DNA of 64,000 nucleotides from an uncultured Planctomycetota bacterium (GTDB lineage Bacteria; Planctomycetota; Planctomycetia; Gemmatales; Gemmataceae): NCBI GenBank assembly GCA_963849325.1, contig CAWKHF010000006.1, positions 576,001 to 640,000 of the forward strand, read 5' to 3'. Shown piece by piece: positions 54,589 to 64,000 of this stretch (position 1 is its first letter; each line of letters starts with the position of its first letter). The notes under the pieces were generated by a model. It saw only the letters and a program-made list of their open reading frames with translations, ran no database searches and was not told where the DNA came from. The position numbers and the translations under genes were made by a program.

Positions 54589-57007
54589 TCAGCGTTTCGA
54601 CGCCCGCTGCACGGCGGGATCGACGCGAGGGACGGCGGCGACGCCGAACACGTTCAGCGCCTCGTCCGCCTCGTGACGGACGCGCGGGTCTCGATCGTTC
54701 TTCAACTCCTGCACGACTGCCACCACATCGGTCGTATTCACCTTCATGGCAACCAGGGCACGGACGCAGGCGGCCCGCACCGTCGCGGCCGGGTCGTCGT
54801 GGGCGGCTTTCGTCAAGGCTTCCGCGACCTGCGGCTGGGTGCGTCCGTTCAGCTCGACTCAGCCCCTCGACCGCCCATTCGCGGTAGGAGGGATACAGCG
54901 AATCGCGGAGCGTGGCCAACGCCTGGGGCACATTGGCCAGCCCCGCACGGACGGTCGGACTCATCGACTGGAGCGCGACGGGCGGCACGGTCATGAGCGG
55001 GTTGATCCCCGTCACCGGACCTTGTGGCGGCATGGGCGGCGGCAGATAGCCGAGCATCCCCGGCGACGGCGGCAGCATGGGCGTGCGCGGCGGCACGATC
55101 GGCCCTTGCGCCGGCATATAGGGCATGGCCTCGCCAAAGCCGTTCGGCTCCTGCGGCGTCGGGCCGAAGTCGGCCGGGATCGGCCGGCGCGTGCCGGCGA
55201 GCGTGAAAGCGTTACCCATGCCGCTGGGCACTCCGCTGTCCACCATCGACGGCATCATCGGCGGACGCGGCGGCATCATCGGCATCGGTCCCATCGGGCC
55301 TCCGCCTCCGGGCATCGGCCCCATCGCTTGGCCCATCCTCGCCGCGGCGTCGCCCGGCGGCGCGTTGTCGTCGCGTGCAAAAGCGTTGTACTTGGGCGGT
55401 TGCAATCCTTGCGGCGGCTTCGGGGCCGGCGCCGCCCAGAAGGCGTTGCTCTCGTTGGCCGCGATCTCCACGGCGCGGCCATGTGGAGGAGTGGACGGAG
55501 GTCCGGCGGGCGTCGTCCTCGCCGTCTGCACGGGAGAGGTCGAGGACGCCGGCGGCGGGACCGTCGCCACCAGGGCCGGCTTGTATTCGACTCGCGGCGG
55601 ATCGGGCGGGACCAGCGGGGCCGGGGTTATCTTGGCGACCGGCTTCTCCTTCAGGGCCATGTGGTGATACCAGTCCGGCTCCTTGAGCGGATCGGGCTGC
55701 GGCGGGACGCTGGGCACCGGCGCCCGCGCGGCCTGTTTCGCCGGGGCGGCCGGCTTGTCGGCGTTCGCCTGGGCCGTGCCAGCCCACGGCTCCACCTTGC
55801 CCCACGATTCGCGCCAGTCGCGCGGGGGGACCGCCGCCGTGGTTGTCGGGGGCGCCGAAGGAGACGGCGGGGCCGCCGAAGGAGGCGTCGGCGCCGTCGG
55901 CGGACTCGCGGCCGGCGGGCAGACCACGACCGTCGGCGCCGGATTGGACTGGAAGATTCGGCGGAGCAGCGACTGCCGAGGGGGTGGACAGCAGACGCAA
56001 GACGGCTGGCAAGCGCACGGATCGCACGGCTGGCAGCAGGCATCACACGACGAGCCATTTCCGCACGTTGTCGGGCAGGCGCCGGTCGCGCAAGCCGACG
56101 GCACCAGTCGCGGCTGGGGCGGCACGGCGGGCGTGCAGTCGCACAGGTTGGATCCACCTGTCGGAGCCGCGACCGTTAGGGAGCGAGGGGGAGTCCCGCT
56201 CCCTAACGGTCGCGGCTCGGGATCTTTCGTCCCGCGCGACTCCGTAATCGGCCCGTGAAGGATCCTCGGCGTCTCCGGCGACGTCGGCGCGGCCGACGTG
56301 TTTTTCGCGGCGTTCGCTGGGGTCGCCGAAACGGCCGTGGCGATCGGTTTGCTGGCCGGAGTCGTCAAGACAGTCGCGGCCGCCGGCTTGTCGGTCGGGA
56401 CCGGCCGGATCGGGGCGAAGGGCGAAGCGGAGAGCGTGGGTGCCGGCTGCGGGGCGAACTGCGGCGTCGTCGTTGGAGTCGGAGCGAGCCGAGGAGTGGT
56501 GACGATGACCGGCGGTGCGCTCGGCGGCGGCGCCTGGACCCTCGGCGTCTGCTGGACGACGGGGGCGGCGATCGGGGCCGACGGAGTCGCCGCCATCGGC
56601 GCGGCCTGCGGGGCCAGCCGGCCGAGGGGTGCGCCGGAGACGGCGGCGTCGGACGGCGGCTTCGGCGCCTGCTCCGGCGGCGTGTTGTCTGGACCCCAGC
56701 GGAAGATGCGCGTCGGCATCGCCTTGACCCGCGGCGTACCCGGCGCCGACGCCGGCCGTCCCGCCTCGACGATGGTCATGACCTCGCCGGTATCGACGGC
56801 CTGCACCTGGTAGGCGCTGACGCCGTCCGGCTCGCGCCACGTCTTGAGCACCTTGCAGCGCTGCGGAGGCCGGCCGTTCTCGCGCACGGTAATGAAGCGG
56901 TCGCGGGCGGACGCCGCTCCCGGCGGCGGCGAGGGTGCCTGGGCCTGCACGAGGGCGGCCTCGACCAGCCCCACGGCCACGACCCCGAGCCAGAGTGACC
57001 GGACCAT
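54589..57007 (-). CDS. Secreted Pro-rich protein with Cys cluster and C-terminal HEAT repeats (frameshift near 54850)
   Basis: Signal peptide MVRSLWLGVVAV...; LRDSLYPSYREWA; DPAATVRAACVRAL / DRDPRVRHEA in the next frame. Confidence 0.72.
56164..56218. repeat. REP palindrome in frame inside a CDS
   Basis: gagccgcgaccgttagggagcg...cgctccctaacggtcgcggctc; the same family recurs at 59059-59121. Confidence 0.8.
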
Positions 57008-57220
57008 CGCAACGGTCTCCTTTCCGCGCATACCCTGTCTGGGGCCGCTTGTCACATCCTGCGGCCCTTTCCTCCTTGTTATCGGCTTTGCCGACGGCAG
57101 CGATGAATCCGAATCTGCCGGAGAAATGGAGAATGCCGCGGACGGTTTCACGTTTGGGGGGAAAAAACGCGAAACTGCCAGCGGCGTAAACGGGGCCGAC
57201 CCCACGCCGGCCTACTTCTC

Positions 57221-57340
57221 CTCGTTCCCAAGCTCTGCTTGGGAACGCACGGTTGCGAAGCTCTGCTTCGCAGCCAGCCGCCGAGAAGACGGGAAGCAGA
57301 GCTTCCCGGCCGGCATTCCCAAGCAGAGCTTGGGAACGAG
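57221..57340. repeat. REPIN-like composite palindrome
   Basis: ctcgttcccaagctctgcttgggaa...ttcccaagcagagcttgggaacgag, with internal gaagctctgcttc / gaagcagagcttc. Confidence 0.8.
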
Positions 57341-57359
57341 AGGGGTTACCCACGCCGGC

Positions 57360-59018
57360 CTACTTGGTTTCCTTGCCGGTCGTCAGGTCGCGTCGATACA
57401 GCGGCAGATGACGATAGTAGACCTCCAGGCACAACAGCGACAGCGACGTGGCCATGATGCGGCCGCCCGGCGCGTTGCCCCAGCTGCCCGCCTGGTGTGG
57501 GTGCTTCGGCGTCGTCCCCGTGTCCTGCTTGGCGATCAGACTGTCCCGAATCCCCTTGTGCTTCTTCTGGCCCTTCTCGTCCATCCCCGCGTTCCAGTAG
57601 TTCCAGCTTTCTCCCTGCATGTGGTGCATCACCTGCGTGGCGTAGTACAGGTAATAAATGTTGTTGCCAATCTGCGAACTGCCCGGCGGATACGCCTTCA
57701 GACGCTCCACGCCCGCCAGCAGGCCGGGATTGCGCGGGTTGACGCCGCTGTACTGCCGGCACAGCAAACCCACCGCCGTCATGGTCATCGATTCGCCCTG
57801 GCCGTTGCCGGGAACGTAGGCGTAACCGCCCTTGTTGTTGCTCTCGCAGGCGTCGAGGAACTTCTCGGACAGCTTGATGGTGTTCTTGGGCACGCTCAGG
57901 CCGGCCATCTGACCGCTCTTGAGGGCCATCAGCTGCCAGCCGGTGACGGACAGGTCGCCGGCCTGCTTGGGCTTGTAGCGCCAGCCGCCGCCGGCGGGAT
58001 CCTGGGCGGCGGCGATGAAGTTGAAGGCGCGTTGGGCGGACAGTTTGATGCGCGGATCGGAGGTCAGTCCATAGGCTTCGCACATGGCGATGGTGGCGAT
58101 GCCGTGCGAGTACATTTCGGTGCTGTAGGAGCCGTCCTTGGCCTGGCGGCCCATGAGCCAGTTGATGGCGCCATCGACGGTCTTGGAATAGTCCTTTTGC
58201 GTGTTTTTGACGGGTTTGTGGGTGATGCCGCCGGCGAGGAAGGGCAAGAGTCCAAATCCGGTGGCGGCGATGTCGTTGCGGTTGGTGGCCCCGACTTCGC
58301 AGTTGCAGGTGTGGACGCGGCCGGCGGGCCGCGGCTTATCGCGGGCGGAGTGGTTGAACTCGTGCAGCGACCAATGGCCGTCCTGCGCCTGATGCAGGGC
58401 CAGCCATTCGAGGCCGCTGGCCACGCGGGCTTCGGAGAGGGCGTTGCCGCCGCCTTCTTGCAGCATCTTGACGCGCGTGGAGCCGCTGCGGCCGGCGAAC
58501 TGATTGACGAGATAGGCGCCGCCCATGCCGCCGAACGAGGTGCCCGCTCCACCGATGGCCAATCCCTCGGCCAGATCGGGGGCGGCGCCCAGTCCACCGC
58601 CGGCGCCCGGCGGCAGCGGCACGCTCGACCGCGGCGCCTCGCTCGACGCCTCCGGGATGCCCACCGCCTGCGTCGGGTCCACCGGGCCCGGCACGCTCAC
58701 GTCCTCAATGCGGTCCACGTTGTAGTTGAGCTGCACCTGGTCGTCATTGCCCAGGTCGGTGTTGGTCAGGTCGAATTCCTTCGGCTGGTCCTCCACCTGC
58801 GTTGTCGTGGCTACTTCCTCCTTGTCCTCGCCGGCCGTGGCGGCGCGAGCGCTGCCGAGCAACGATAACAGGACGAACAACAGGCCGAGGATGGCCCCAT
58901 GCACGACGGCACTGAGGATCCAGATCGGAAGCATCTTCAGCCAGACGTTCGAGCCGCTGTTCAGGGCCGGCGCGACCACGACTTTGCGTCGGCCGTTGTC
59001 CGGTTGGTTGGTTGCCAT
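57360..59018 (-). CDS. Prenyltransferase/squalene-oxidase repeat protein (membrane-anchored)
   Basis: GLEWLALHQAQDGHW, MYSHGIATIAMCEAYG, GGWRY, DLSVTGWQLMALKS. Confidence 0.88.
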   Translation of the reverse strand: MATNQPDNGRRKVVVAPALNSGSNVWLKMLPIWILSAVVHGAILGLLFVLLSLLGSARAATAGEDKEEVATTTQVEDQPKEFDLTNTDLGNDDQVQLNYNVDRIEDVSVPGPVDPTQAVGIPEASSEAPRSSVPLPPGAGGGLGAAPDLAEGLAIGGAGTSFGGMGGAYLVNQFAGRSGSTRVKMLQEGGGNALSEARVASGLEWLALHQAQDGHWSLHEFNHSARDKPRPAGRVHTCNCEVGATNRNDIAATGFGLLPFLAGGITHKPVKNTQKDYSKTVDGAINWLMGRQAKDGSYSTEMYSHGIATIAMCEAYGLTSDPRIKLSAQRAFNFIAAAQDPAGGGWRYKPKQAGDLSVTGWQLMALKSGQMAGLSVPKNTIKLSEKFLDACESNNKGGYAYVPGNGQGESMTMTAVGLLCRQYSGVNPRNPGLLAGVERLKAYPPGSSQIGNNIYYLYYATQVMHHMQGESWNYWNAGMDEKGQKKHKGIRDSLIAKQDTGTTPKHPHQAGSWGNAPGGRIMATSLSLLCLEVYYRHLPLYRRDLTTGKETK

Positions 59019-60286
59019 GAGTCAAGTCCCCCAGGTGGATGGATTGCTTTATCGTCGAATACCGCTCCCTTACGGTCGCGGCTCGGTAAGAATACCGCTC
59101 CCCTTAGCGGTCGCGGCTCGGTTTGTTCCGTAAACCATTCGCCCTCGGCCGACGGCGGCACAAACTCCGCGTATCGGCTGGCGCGGAGCCGATGACGGAC
59201 GCGCCGATCGTGATAGTGGAACCAGCACGTCAGTCCGATCACCACGGCCAGCGCGCCGCCGACCACGCCCAGAAAGACCCACATGAGATGGTGGCCCCAG
59301 TTGTCCGAGGCGGCCTCGGCCGGCGCCTCCGGCCCGAACTGCCCCGTCAGGGTGTGGCCGATCACCAGCGGAGCATCGCGGAACTGGTTGTCCTTCTTGG
59401 TGTCGAACGCCTTATAGCGATAGCGTTTGTAGAAATAACCGTCGAAGCCCACTTCGATGTCGGGCTTGTGATGGGCATCGACCTTCAAGCCGGCCGGCAG
59501 ATCGGTGAAGACGATACAAGCAGGATTTTCGCCGTACTTGTCGGTCAGGATCCACCCTTCGTACAGGTCGCCGACGCCCTCGGCGCGGGCCTCGTCGGGC
59601 GGATCGAAGCGGAGCAAGCGGATGAGCCGACCCGACAGATGAACGACCCGGCCGCGATAATGCTCTGGCTCGTTGAACAGGTGGGCATAGGTCACGTCAT
59701 GCCGAGCCGTCCGCGCGAACGCCGTCGCGGACGTGTAATGGGCCATGACGAGGAACTGCGCATACGCCTCGATCTCCGGGTCGCCGTTGAAGATGCCGTT
59801 GCGATCGCGGATGAAGCCGTTTTCGAGCAGGAGCTTCGGAATGGGCCGGACCTCCTCGGTGTTGAGAAGAGCCCAACATTCCCGGTCGTCGCCGGCCTGG
59901 AGGGTGGCCAATTCGCGGACGGCGGCGCCCGGCCCGAAACCGCTGAGAAAGAGTGTGGCGGCGCCGACCTGGATGCGTCCCGGCCGCGCCGACAGGGGAC
60001 CGCGGAGGTCCCATACCGCCACGTCGGGAGAGGCACCGGCGTACAAATCGCTCAGCGCGCACCACGGGCCGCTCTGCGGAGCGAAGCGGGCACCGGAGGC
60101 CAGCACGGCCAGGTTCTCGGGCTTAATTTCGAGTGGAGCAAGGAGGGGGACGTCGGTGGGTTGGGCCGGCTTGACCGGCGCCTTCTCGGGCGCGGCGGCC
60201 GCCACGAGCGCAACAAGGACGGCCAGGGCCATCCGACGGACCCGGAAGAGGAACGACCGTGACATTGGCTGCCGGCGCATGCGCAT
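58961..60286 (-). CDS. Hypothetical membrane protein (OB-fold-like region)
   Basis: LFNEPEHYRGRVVHLSGRL, FDGYFYKRYRY, APLVIG, C-terminal TM helix; 3' end runs through REP copies. Confidence 0.7.
   Translation of the reverse strand: MRMRRQPMSRSFLFRVRRMALAVLVALVAAAAPEKAPVKPAQPTDVPLLAPLEIKPENLAVLASGARFAPQSGPWCALSDLYAGASPDVAVWDLRGPLSARPGRIQVGAATLFLSGFGPGAAVRELATLQAGDDRECWALLNTEEVRPIPKLLLENGFIRDRNGIFNGDPEIEAYAQFLVMAHYTSATAFARTARHDVTYAHLFNEPEHYRGRVVHLSGRLIRLLRFDPPDEARAEGVGDLYEGWILTDKYGENPACIVFTDLPAGLKVDAHHKPDIEVGFDGYFYKRYRYKAFDTKKDNQFRDAPLVIGHTLTGQFGPEAPAEAASDNWGHHLMWVFLGVVGGALAVVIGLTCWFHYHDRRVRHRLRASRYAEFVPPSAEGEWFTEQTEPRPLRGAVFLPSRDRKGAVFDDKAIHPPGGLDSWQPTNRTTADAKSWSRRP
59059..59121. repeat. Two tandem REP half-copies
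   Basis: ataccgctcc(c)ctta(g)cggtcgcggctcgg twice. Confidence 0.75.
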
Positions 60287-60353
60287 GGTCGCCTTCCTTG
60301 TTACCTTCATTTTGGACGCGACCGGCGAGGGGAAAGTTCCCGATACTTCTGGG

Positions 60354-60408
60354 GCCGCTTGCGGCTTAACGTGGACTCGCTTGCAGCCCACGCGAAGCCG
60401 CAAGCGGC
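60354..60408. repeat. REP-like palindrome after exbD
   Basis: gccgcttgcggctt...aagccgcaagcggc. Confidence 0.7.
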
Positions 60409-60409
60409 T

Positions 60410-60932
60410 TTACTGACCGGACATGCGAAAATCGGGCGGTGGCACGAAACTGATGTTCTTGAAACCCGCCTGCTGGCACACGTCCATCACCTCAATGACG
60501 CCCTCCCACTTGAGTTTGCCGTCGCCCTGGATCTTGATGTTCTCCTTGTTCTCGACCGTCTCGTGCCTCTTCTTCAGCTCCTCGCGCAGCTTGTCGAGGT
60601 TGTCGATCGGCGTTGGACCGGCGTCGTCCTGCAAGGTCAGGGCGCTGAATGCGACCGTTGTTGACGTTATCCATCTGCGTGCGGACGATCACCGTCAGGT
60701 TCGACGGCAGATCGATCGGCTTCTTGTCCGGAGCGGCGTCGGTTTGGACCTCGTCCTTGTTCTTAGCCTGTGTGATGTTCTCCGACGGCAGACTGAGGTC
60801 CATCTGCCCTTCGAGGTCGGAGGGGTGATAGGTCATGACGAAGAAAGCGAGCAGCTGGAAGGCCATGTCCAGCATGGGCGTGACCGGCAGGGTCGGCTCC
60901 GGCCCGGCTTCCTGTTTGCGACGTGTGGTCAT
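60410..60932 (-). CDS. exbD: ExbD/TolR family protein (frameshift near 60650)
   Basis: PVTPMLDMAFQLLAFFVMT; IQGDGKLKWEGVIEVMDVCQQAGF. Confidence 0.85.
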
Positions 60933-61477
60933 GTTCCCCCTCCCGGCGTGTTCTTGGTCAGGGCGCGCAGCTTGAGCCGCGTATAGCCGACGGTCTTGCA
61001 CATTTGCAGGATCTCGAAAACCTGAGCGTAATCGGCGTCCTTGTGGGCGCGGATGACGATGGCGGTGTTGACGTCCTTGGCGCCGCGGCTCTCGGCGATG
61101 CGCTGGGCGTCGGCGAACTGATCCTTGAGCCAAACCATCAAATCGCCGCGCCGCATTGGCTCCTTGCCGGGGATGAGGATGCACTCGTCGCCGTCGCGGA
61201 ACCGCTCCTGGACGCGGGCCAGCACGTCGGCCGGCAGACGGTCCTGAAATTCGCCCAGCGTGAACGGCTTCAAGTTAATGAACAGTACGTCCGTGTCGGC
61301 CTTGTCCATCGGCTTGACGGCCTGGGACTTGGGCAGACGAATATCCTCGTTGACCTGTTCGCTGACGAAGTTGACGCACATCATGAAGAACATGAGCAGC
61401 TGCAACACGACATCCAGCAGCGGCGTCAAGTTGGGTTCGGCGACGCCGCCGCCGCCCTCCCCTCCCCCGTGACTCAT
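60929..61477 (-). CDS. exbD: ExbD/TolR family protein
   Basis: NLTPLLDVVLQLLMFFMM; IRAHKDADY. Confidence 0.88.
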   Translation of the reverse strand: MSHGGGEGGGGVAEPNLTPLLDVVLQLLMFFMMCVNFVSEQVNEDIRLPKSQAVKPMDKADTDVLFINLKPFTLGEFQDRLPADVLARVQERFRDGDECILIPGKEPMRRGDLMVWLKDQFADAQRIAESRGAKDVNTAIVIRAHKDADYAQVFEILQMCKTVGYTRLKLRALTKNTPGGGT

Positions 61478-61489
61478 GACAAACTCTCC

Positions 61490-61560
61490 AGTTCTGAGTT
61501 CTGAGTTCTGAGTTCTGAGTTCTGTTTTCACTCAGAACTCAGAACTCAGAACTCAGAACT
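61490..61560. repeat. Inverted heptamer tandem array
   Basis: (agttctg)x5 followed by (cagaact)x4. Confidence 0.9.
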
Positions 61561-61561
61561 T

Positions 61562-62443
61562 TTATTTCTGCTTGATGGCGGCGGCGGCGCGCGGCTCGGC
61601 GGCCGCGGCGGGCGGCTCGGGCGCCCCCGGCTTCTTGGAGTTGTGATACATCTGCGTCAGCAGGTCGTCGGCGATGTTGGCGACGTCCATCGTAATGCGG
61701 ATGAGGCGATTGCGGAAGAAAGCGTGACAGAAGATGGCCGGCACCGACAGGGCGATGCCGACCAACGTCACCACCAGGGCGTGCGAGATGCCGTCGGCCA
61801 ACTTGGACGGGTTCGGCGAACCGCCCTTGCCCAGTTCCATGAAGCTGAGGATCATGCCCCAGACCGTGCCGACCAAGCCGAGCATGGGGCCGAGCGTACC
61901 GATGGTCGCCAGGTAGGTGATGAGCTGGTCCTTGCCGGCCTTGACGCTCTCGACCATGTTGAAGGCCGCCTCGCGGGCATCGTCGATGCCGTACTGAAGG
62001 CGGCTCATGCCCGTGGTCATGACGCGACCGAGGAACGAGCCGTCTTCCTTGGCCATCTCATACGCTTCCTTGAAGCGCCGTTTGTTGACGGTGTCGGTGA
62101 AGTCCTCGACAAAGCCCGGCGGAATGGCCGACGCCATGCGCAGCTCCATCACCAGCAGGACGACCAGCGACATCAGCGCGATGGAGACGATCAGCATGAT
62201 CGGCGCGAACCAGCTGAGCGACTTGAGGATGTGCATGAAGATGTTGGTGGACTGCTTCGGCGCGGCGGCCGGGGCGCTGTCGGCGCTTTTGTTGTCCTCG
62301 CCGGCGGCGGGGGCGGGCGCTTCGTCCTGGCCGGACGCCTTCGGCAAGGCCGGGGCCAAGAAAGCGAACAGGAAGACCACCAGCAGAGAGCCGACGACGA
62401 AGGCCGCCAGGCGCCGATGCGTATGCGCTGCGAAGGGATGCAT
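61562..62443 (-). CDS. exbB: MotA/TolQ/ExbB proton channel family protein
   Basis: LATIGTLGPMLGLVGTVWGMI, LADGISHALVVT motifs. Confidence 0.9.
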   Translation of the reverse strand: MHPFAAHTHRRLAAFVVGSLLVVFLFAFLAPALPKASGQDEAPAPAAGEDNKSADSAPAAAPKQSTNIFMHILKSLSWFAPIMLIVSIALMSLVVLLVMELRMASAIPPGFVEDFTDTVNKRRFKEAYEMAKEDGSFLGRVMTTGMSRLQYGIDDAREAAFNMVESVKAGKDQLITYLATIGTLGPMLGLVGTVWGMILSFMELGKGGSPNPSKLADGISHALVVTLVGIALSVPAIFCHAFFRNRLIRITMDVANIADDLLTQMYHNSKKPGAPEPPAAAAEPRAAAAIKQK

Positions 62444-62572
62444 TACGGTGAGTCCTTGTGTCAATCCGCCTCCGTCTCGGGGGCGGAGGAAAATGTCGAG
62501 GGGCATCTTCTTAATGTGACGATTCCAGACGCCGACTGTCAAGTTCTTTCCGCTCGAATGTGAGAGCAAGTT

Positions 62573-62649
62573 ATCCGAGCCTGAAGCGTTAGCGAAGAGA
62601 ACGACAACCGAAGGTTGTCGTTCTCTTCGCTAACGCTTCAGGCTCGGAT
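62573..62649. repeat. Perfect palindrome (37-bp arms) overlapping the stop codon of the SDR gene
   Basis: atccgagcctgaagcgttagcgaagagaacgacaacc-gaa-reverse complement. Confidence 0.9.
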
Positions 62650-63576
62650 GAACGCGCTCTGAAAGTACGTCAGCGTCCGCTTCAGCCCTTCGTGACGATC
62701 GATGCGCGGCTCCCAGCCGAGCAGGGTACGAGCGCGGCTGATGTCCGGTTGACGTACCTTCGGGTCATCCTGCGGCAACGGCCGATAGTCGAGGGGGCTG
62801 TGGCTGCCCGAGAGGGCGAGGATCTCGCGGGCAAACTCCCGAATGGTCACTTCCGCCGGGTTGCCGAGGTTGACTGGCTCGTGGAAATCGGCGTCGAGCA
62901 GTCGGACGATGCCCTCCACGAGATCATCGACATAGCAGAAGGAGCGTGTCTGCGAGCCATCGCCGTAGACGGTCAGCGGTTCGCCGCGCAGGGCCTGGCC
63001 CATGAAATTCGGCAAAACGCGGCCGTCGTCGAGCCGCATCGCGGGCCCGTAAGTATTAAAAATTCTACATATGTGAGTATTTACCTTGTGCGTGCGCCGG
63101 TACGCCATGACGATGGCCTCGGCGAACCGCTTGCTCTCGTCGTAACAACCGCGCACTCCGACGCAGTTGACCGAACCCCAGTAGTCCTCGCGCTGCGGAT
63201 GTACTTGCGGATCGCCGTAGACCTCGCTGGTGCTGGCTAACAGAAAGCGGGCGTTCTTGACCTTGGCCAGGCCGAGCGTGTTGTGCGTGCCCAGGGCGCC
63301 GACCTTGAGCGTCTGAATCGGATAGCGCAGGTAATCGACCGGACTGGCCAGCGAGGCGAAGTGCAGCACGTTGTCCACGGGGCCGTCGATCTCCAGCGGA
63401 TGCGAGATGTCGTGACGGAGGAACTGGAAGCGGTCGTTGCTCCGCAACGGTTCGATGTTCTCCAGGGCGCCGGTGATGAGGTTATCCACGCAAATCACGT
63501 CGTCGCCGTGGGCGAGGAAGCGTTGGCAGAGATGCGAGCCGATGAAGCCGGCGCCGCCGGTGATGACTGTTCGCAC
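62638..63576 (-). CDS. UDP-glucuronate decarboxylase-like NAD-dependent epimerase/dehydratase
   Basis: [41 protein letters not shown] start with GGAGGAG SD. Confidence 0.92.
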   Translation of the reverse strand: MRTVITGGAGFIGSHLCQRFLAHGDDVICVDNLITGALENIEPLRSNDRFQFLRHDISHPLEIDGPVDNVLHFASLASPVDYLRYPIQTLKVGALGTHNTLGLAKVKNARFLLASTSEVYGDPQVHPQREDYWGSVNCVGVRGCYDESKRFAEAIVMAYRRTHKVNTHICRIFNTYGPAMRLDDGRVLPNFMGQALRGEPLTVYGDGSQTRSFCYVDDLVEGIVRLLDADFHEPVNLGNPAEVTIREFAREILALSGSHSPLDYRPLPQDDPKVRQPDISRARTLLGWEPRIDRHEGLKRTLTYFQSAFIRA

Positions 63577-63816
63577 GTCGAAACTCCTCCGTGATGAGCC
63601 GCGGGCGGCTTGTCGCCAAGCCGCCCGCGGCGGTCGTTGCTCCTTGCTACCATAGCAAGCGGCACGGAGCAAGCTGGCAAGCTGGACAAACCGGAATTGA
63701 AAATCTATGCGTTCGCGGTATGCTGGGAGAATGCGTCGGCCTTTTTCCCCAGGAAGGGCATGAGAATTGCATGGGGCACGACCCCTTGCGTTGCAGTGAA
63801 AATGAGGTAGGAAGCG

Positions 63817-64000
63817 ATGCCGTCTCGACCGATCCGCACGTTCACGGTGCTCCCGCATTTGCCCGAGCGCCTTCAGGCCCTGCAAAAGCTGGCTTACAAC
63901 ATGTGGTGGTGCTGGAACCACGAGGCCGTGGCGCTGTTTCGGCGGATCGACGTCGAGGCCTGGGAGGCGCTCGATCACAGCCCCGTCAAAATCCTGGGCG
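63817..64000 (+). CDS. glgP: Alpha-glucan (glycogen) phosphorylase, 5' end
   Basis: Manual translation [45 protein letters not shown]...HSPVKILG. Confidence 0.82.
   Translation, partial: MPSRPIRTFTVLPHLPERLQALQKLAYNMWWCWNHEAVALFRRIDVEAWEALDHSPVKILG

Noticed and set aside
61490-61560. Heptamer array and the 10-nt units at 42297-42423 as CRISPR
   Set aside because: No unique spacers, inverted arrangement, no cas genes

Overview
High-GC bacterial DNA, very likely a Planctomycete (Gemmataceae/Isosphaeraceae-like). This is inferred from N-terminal 'E.LE.R.(V/L)..S' extracellular motifs, an ECF sigma/Ser-Thr kinase pair, PQQ-propeller, HEAT and prenyltransferase-repeat proteins, and many palindromic repeats. 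The housekeeping backbone carries iscA, iscS, tRNA-Val(TAC), creatininase, SulP, eutBC, exbB-exbD-exbD, a UDP-glucuronate decarboxylase-like gene and the start of glgP. Three accessory regions interrupt it. (1) A decayed islet next to tRNA-Val (~5.9-9.6 kb) with an IS982-like element. (2) A ~19 kb Rhs/YD locus (15.9-35.0 kb): one full-length Rhs gene with a planctomycete export motif, then two orphan modules that start at the same core position behind the same 196-bp sugar-isomerase gene fragment and palindrome. The C-terminal tips are proline-rich and the partner genes appear exported. (3) An array of five Rpn-like PD-(D/E)xK genes of two divergent families (42.6-47.8 kb), each with an internal SD+ATG before a variable tail, interleaved with repeated 5' ends of a kinase gene. 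Many single-indel frameshifts, including in conserved genes, suggest sequencing or assembly errors, so pseudogene calls are uncertain. No CRISPR array, rRNA or reverse transcriptase was seen.
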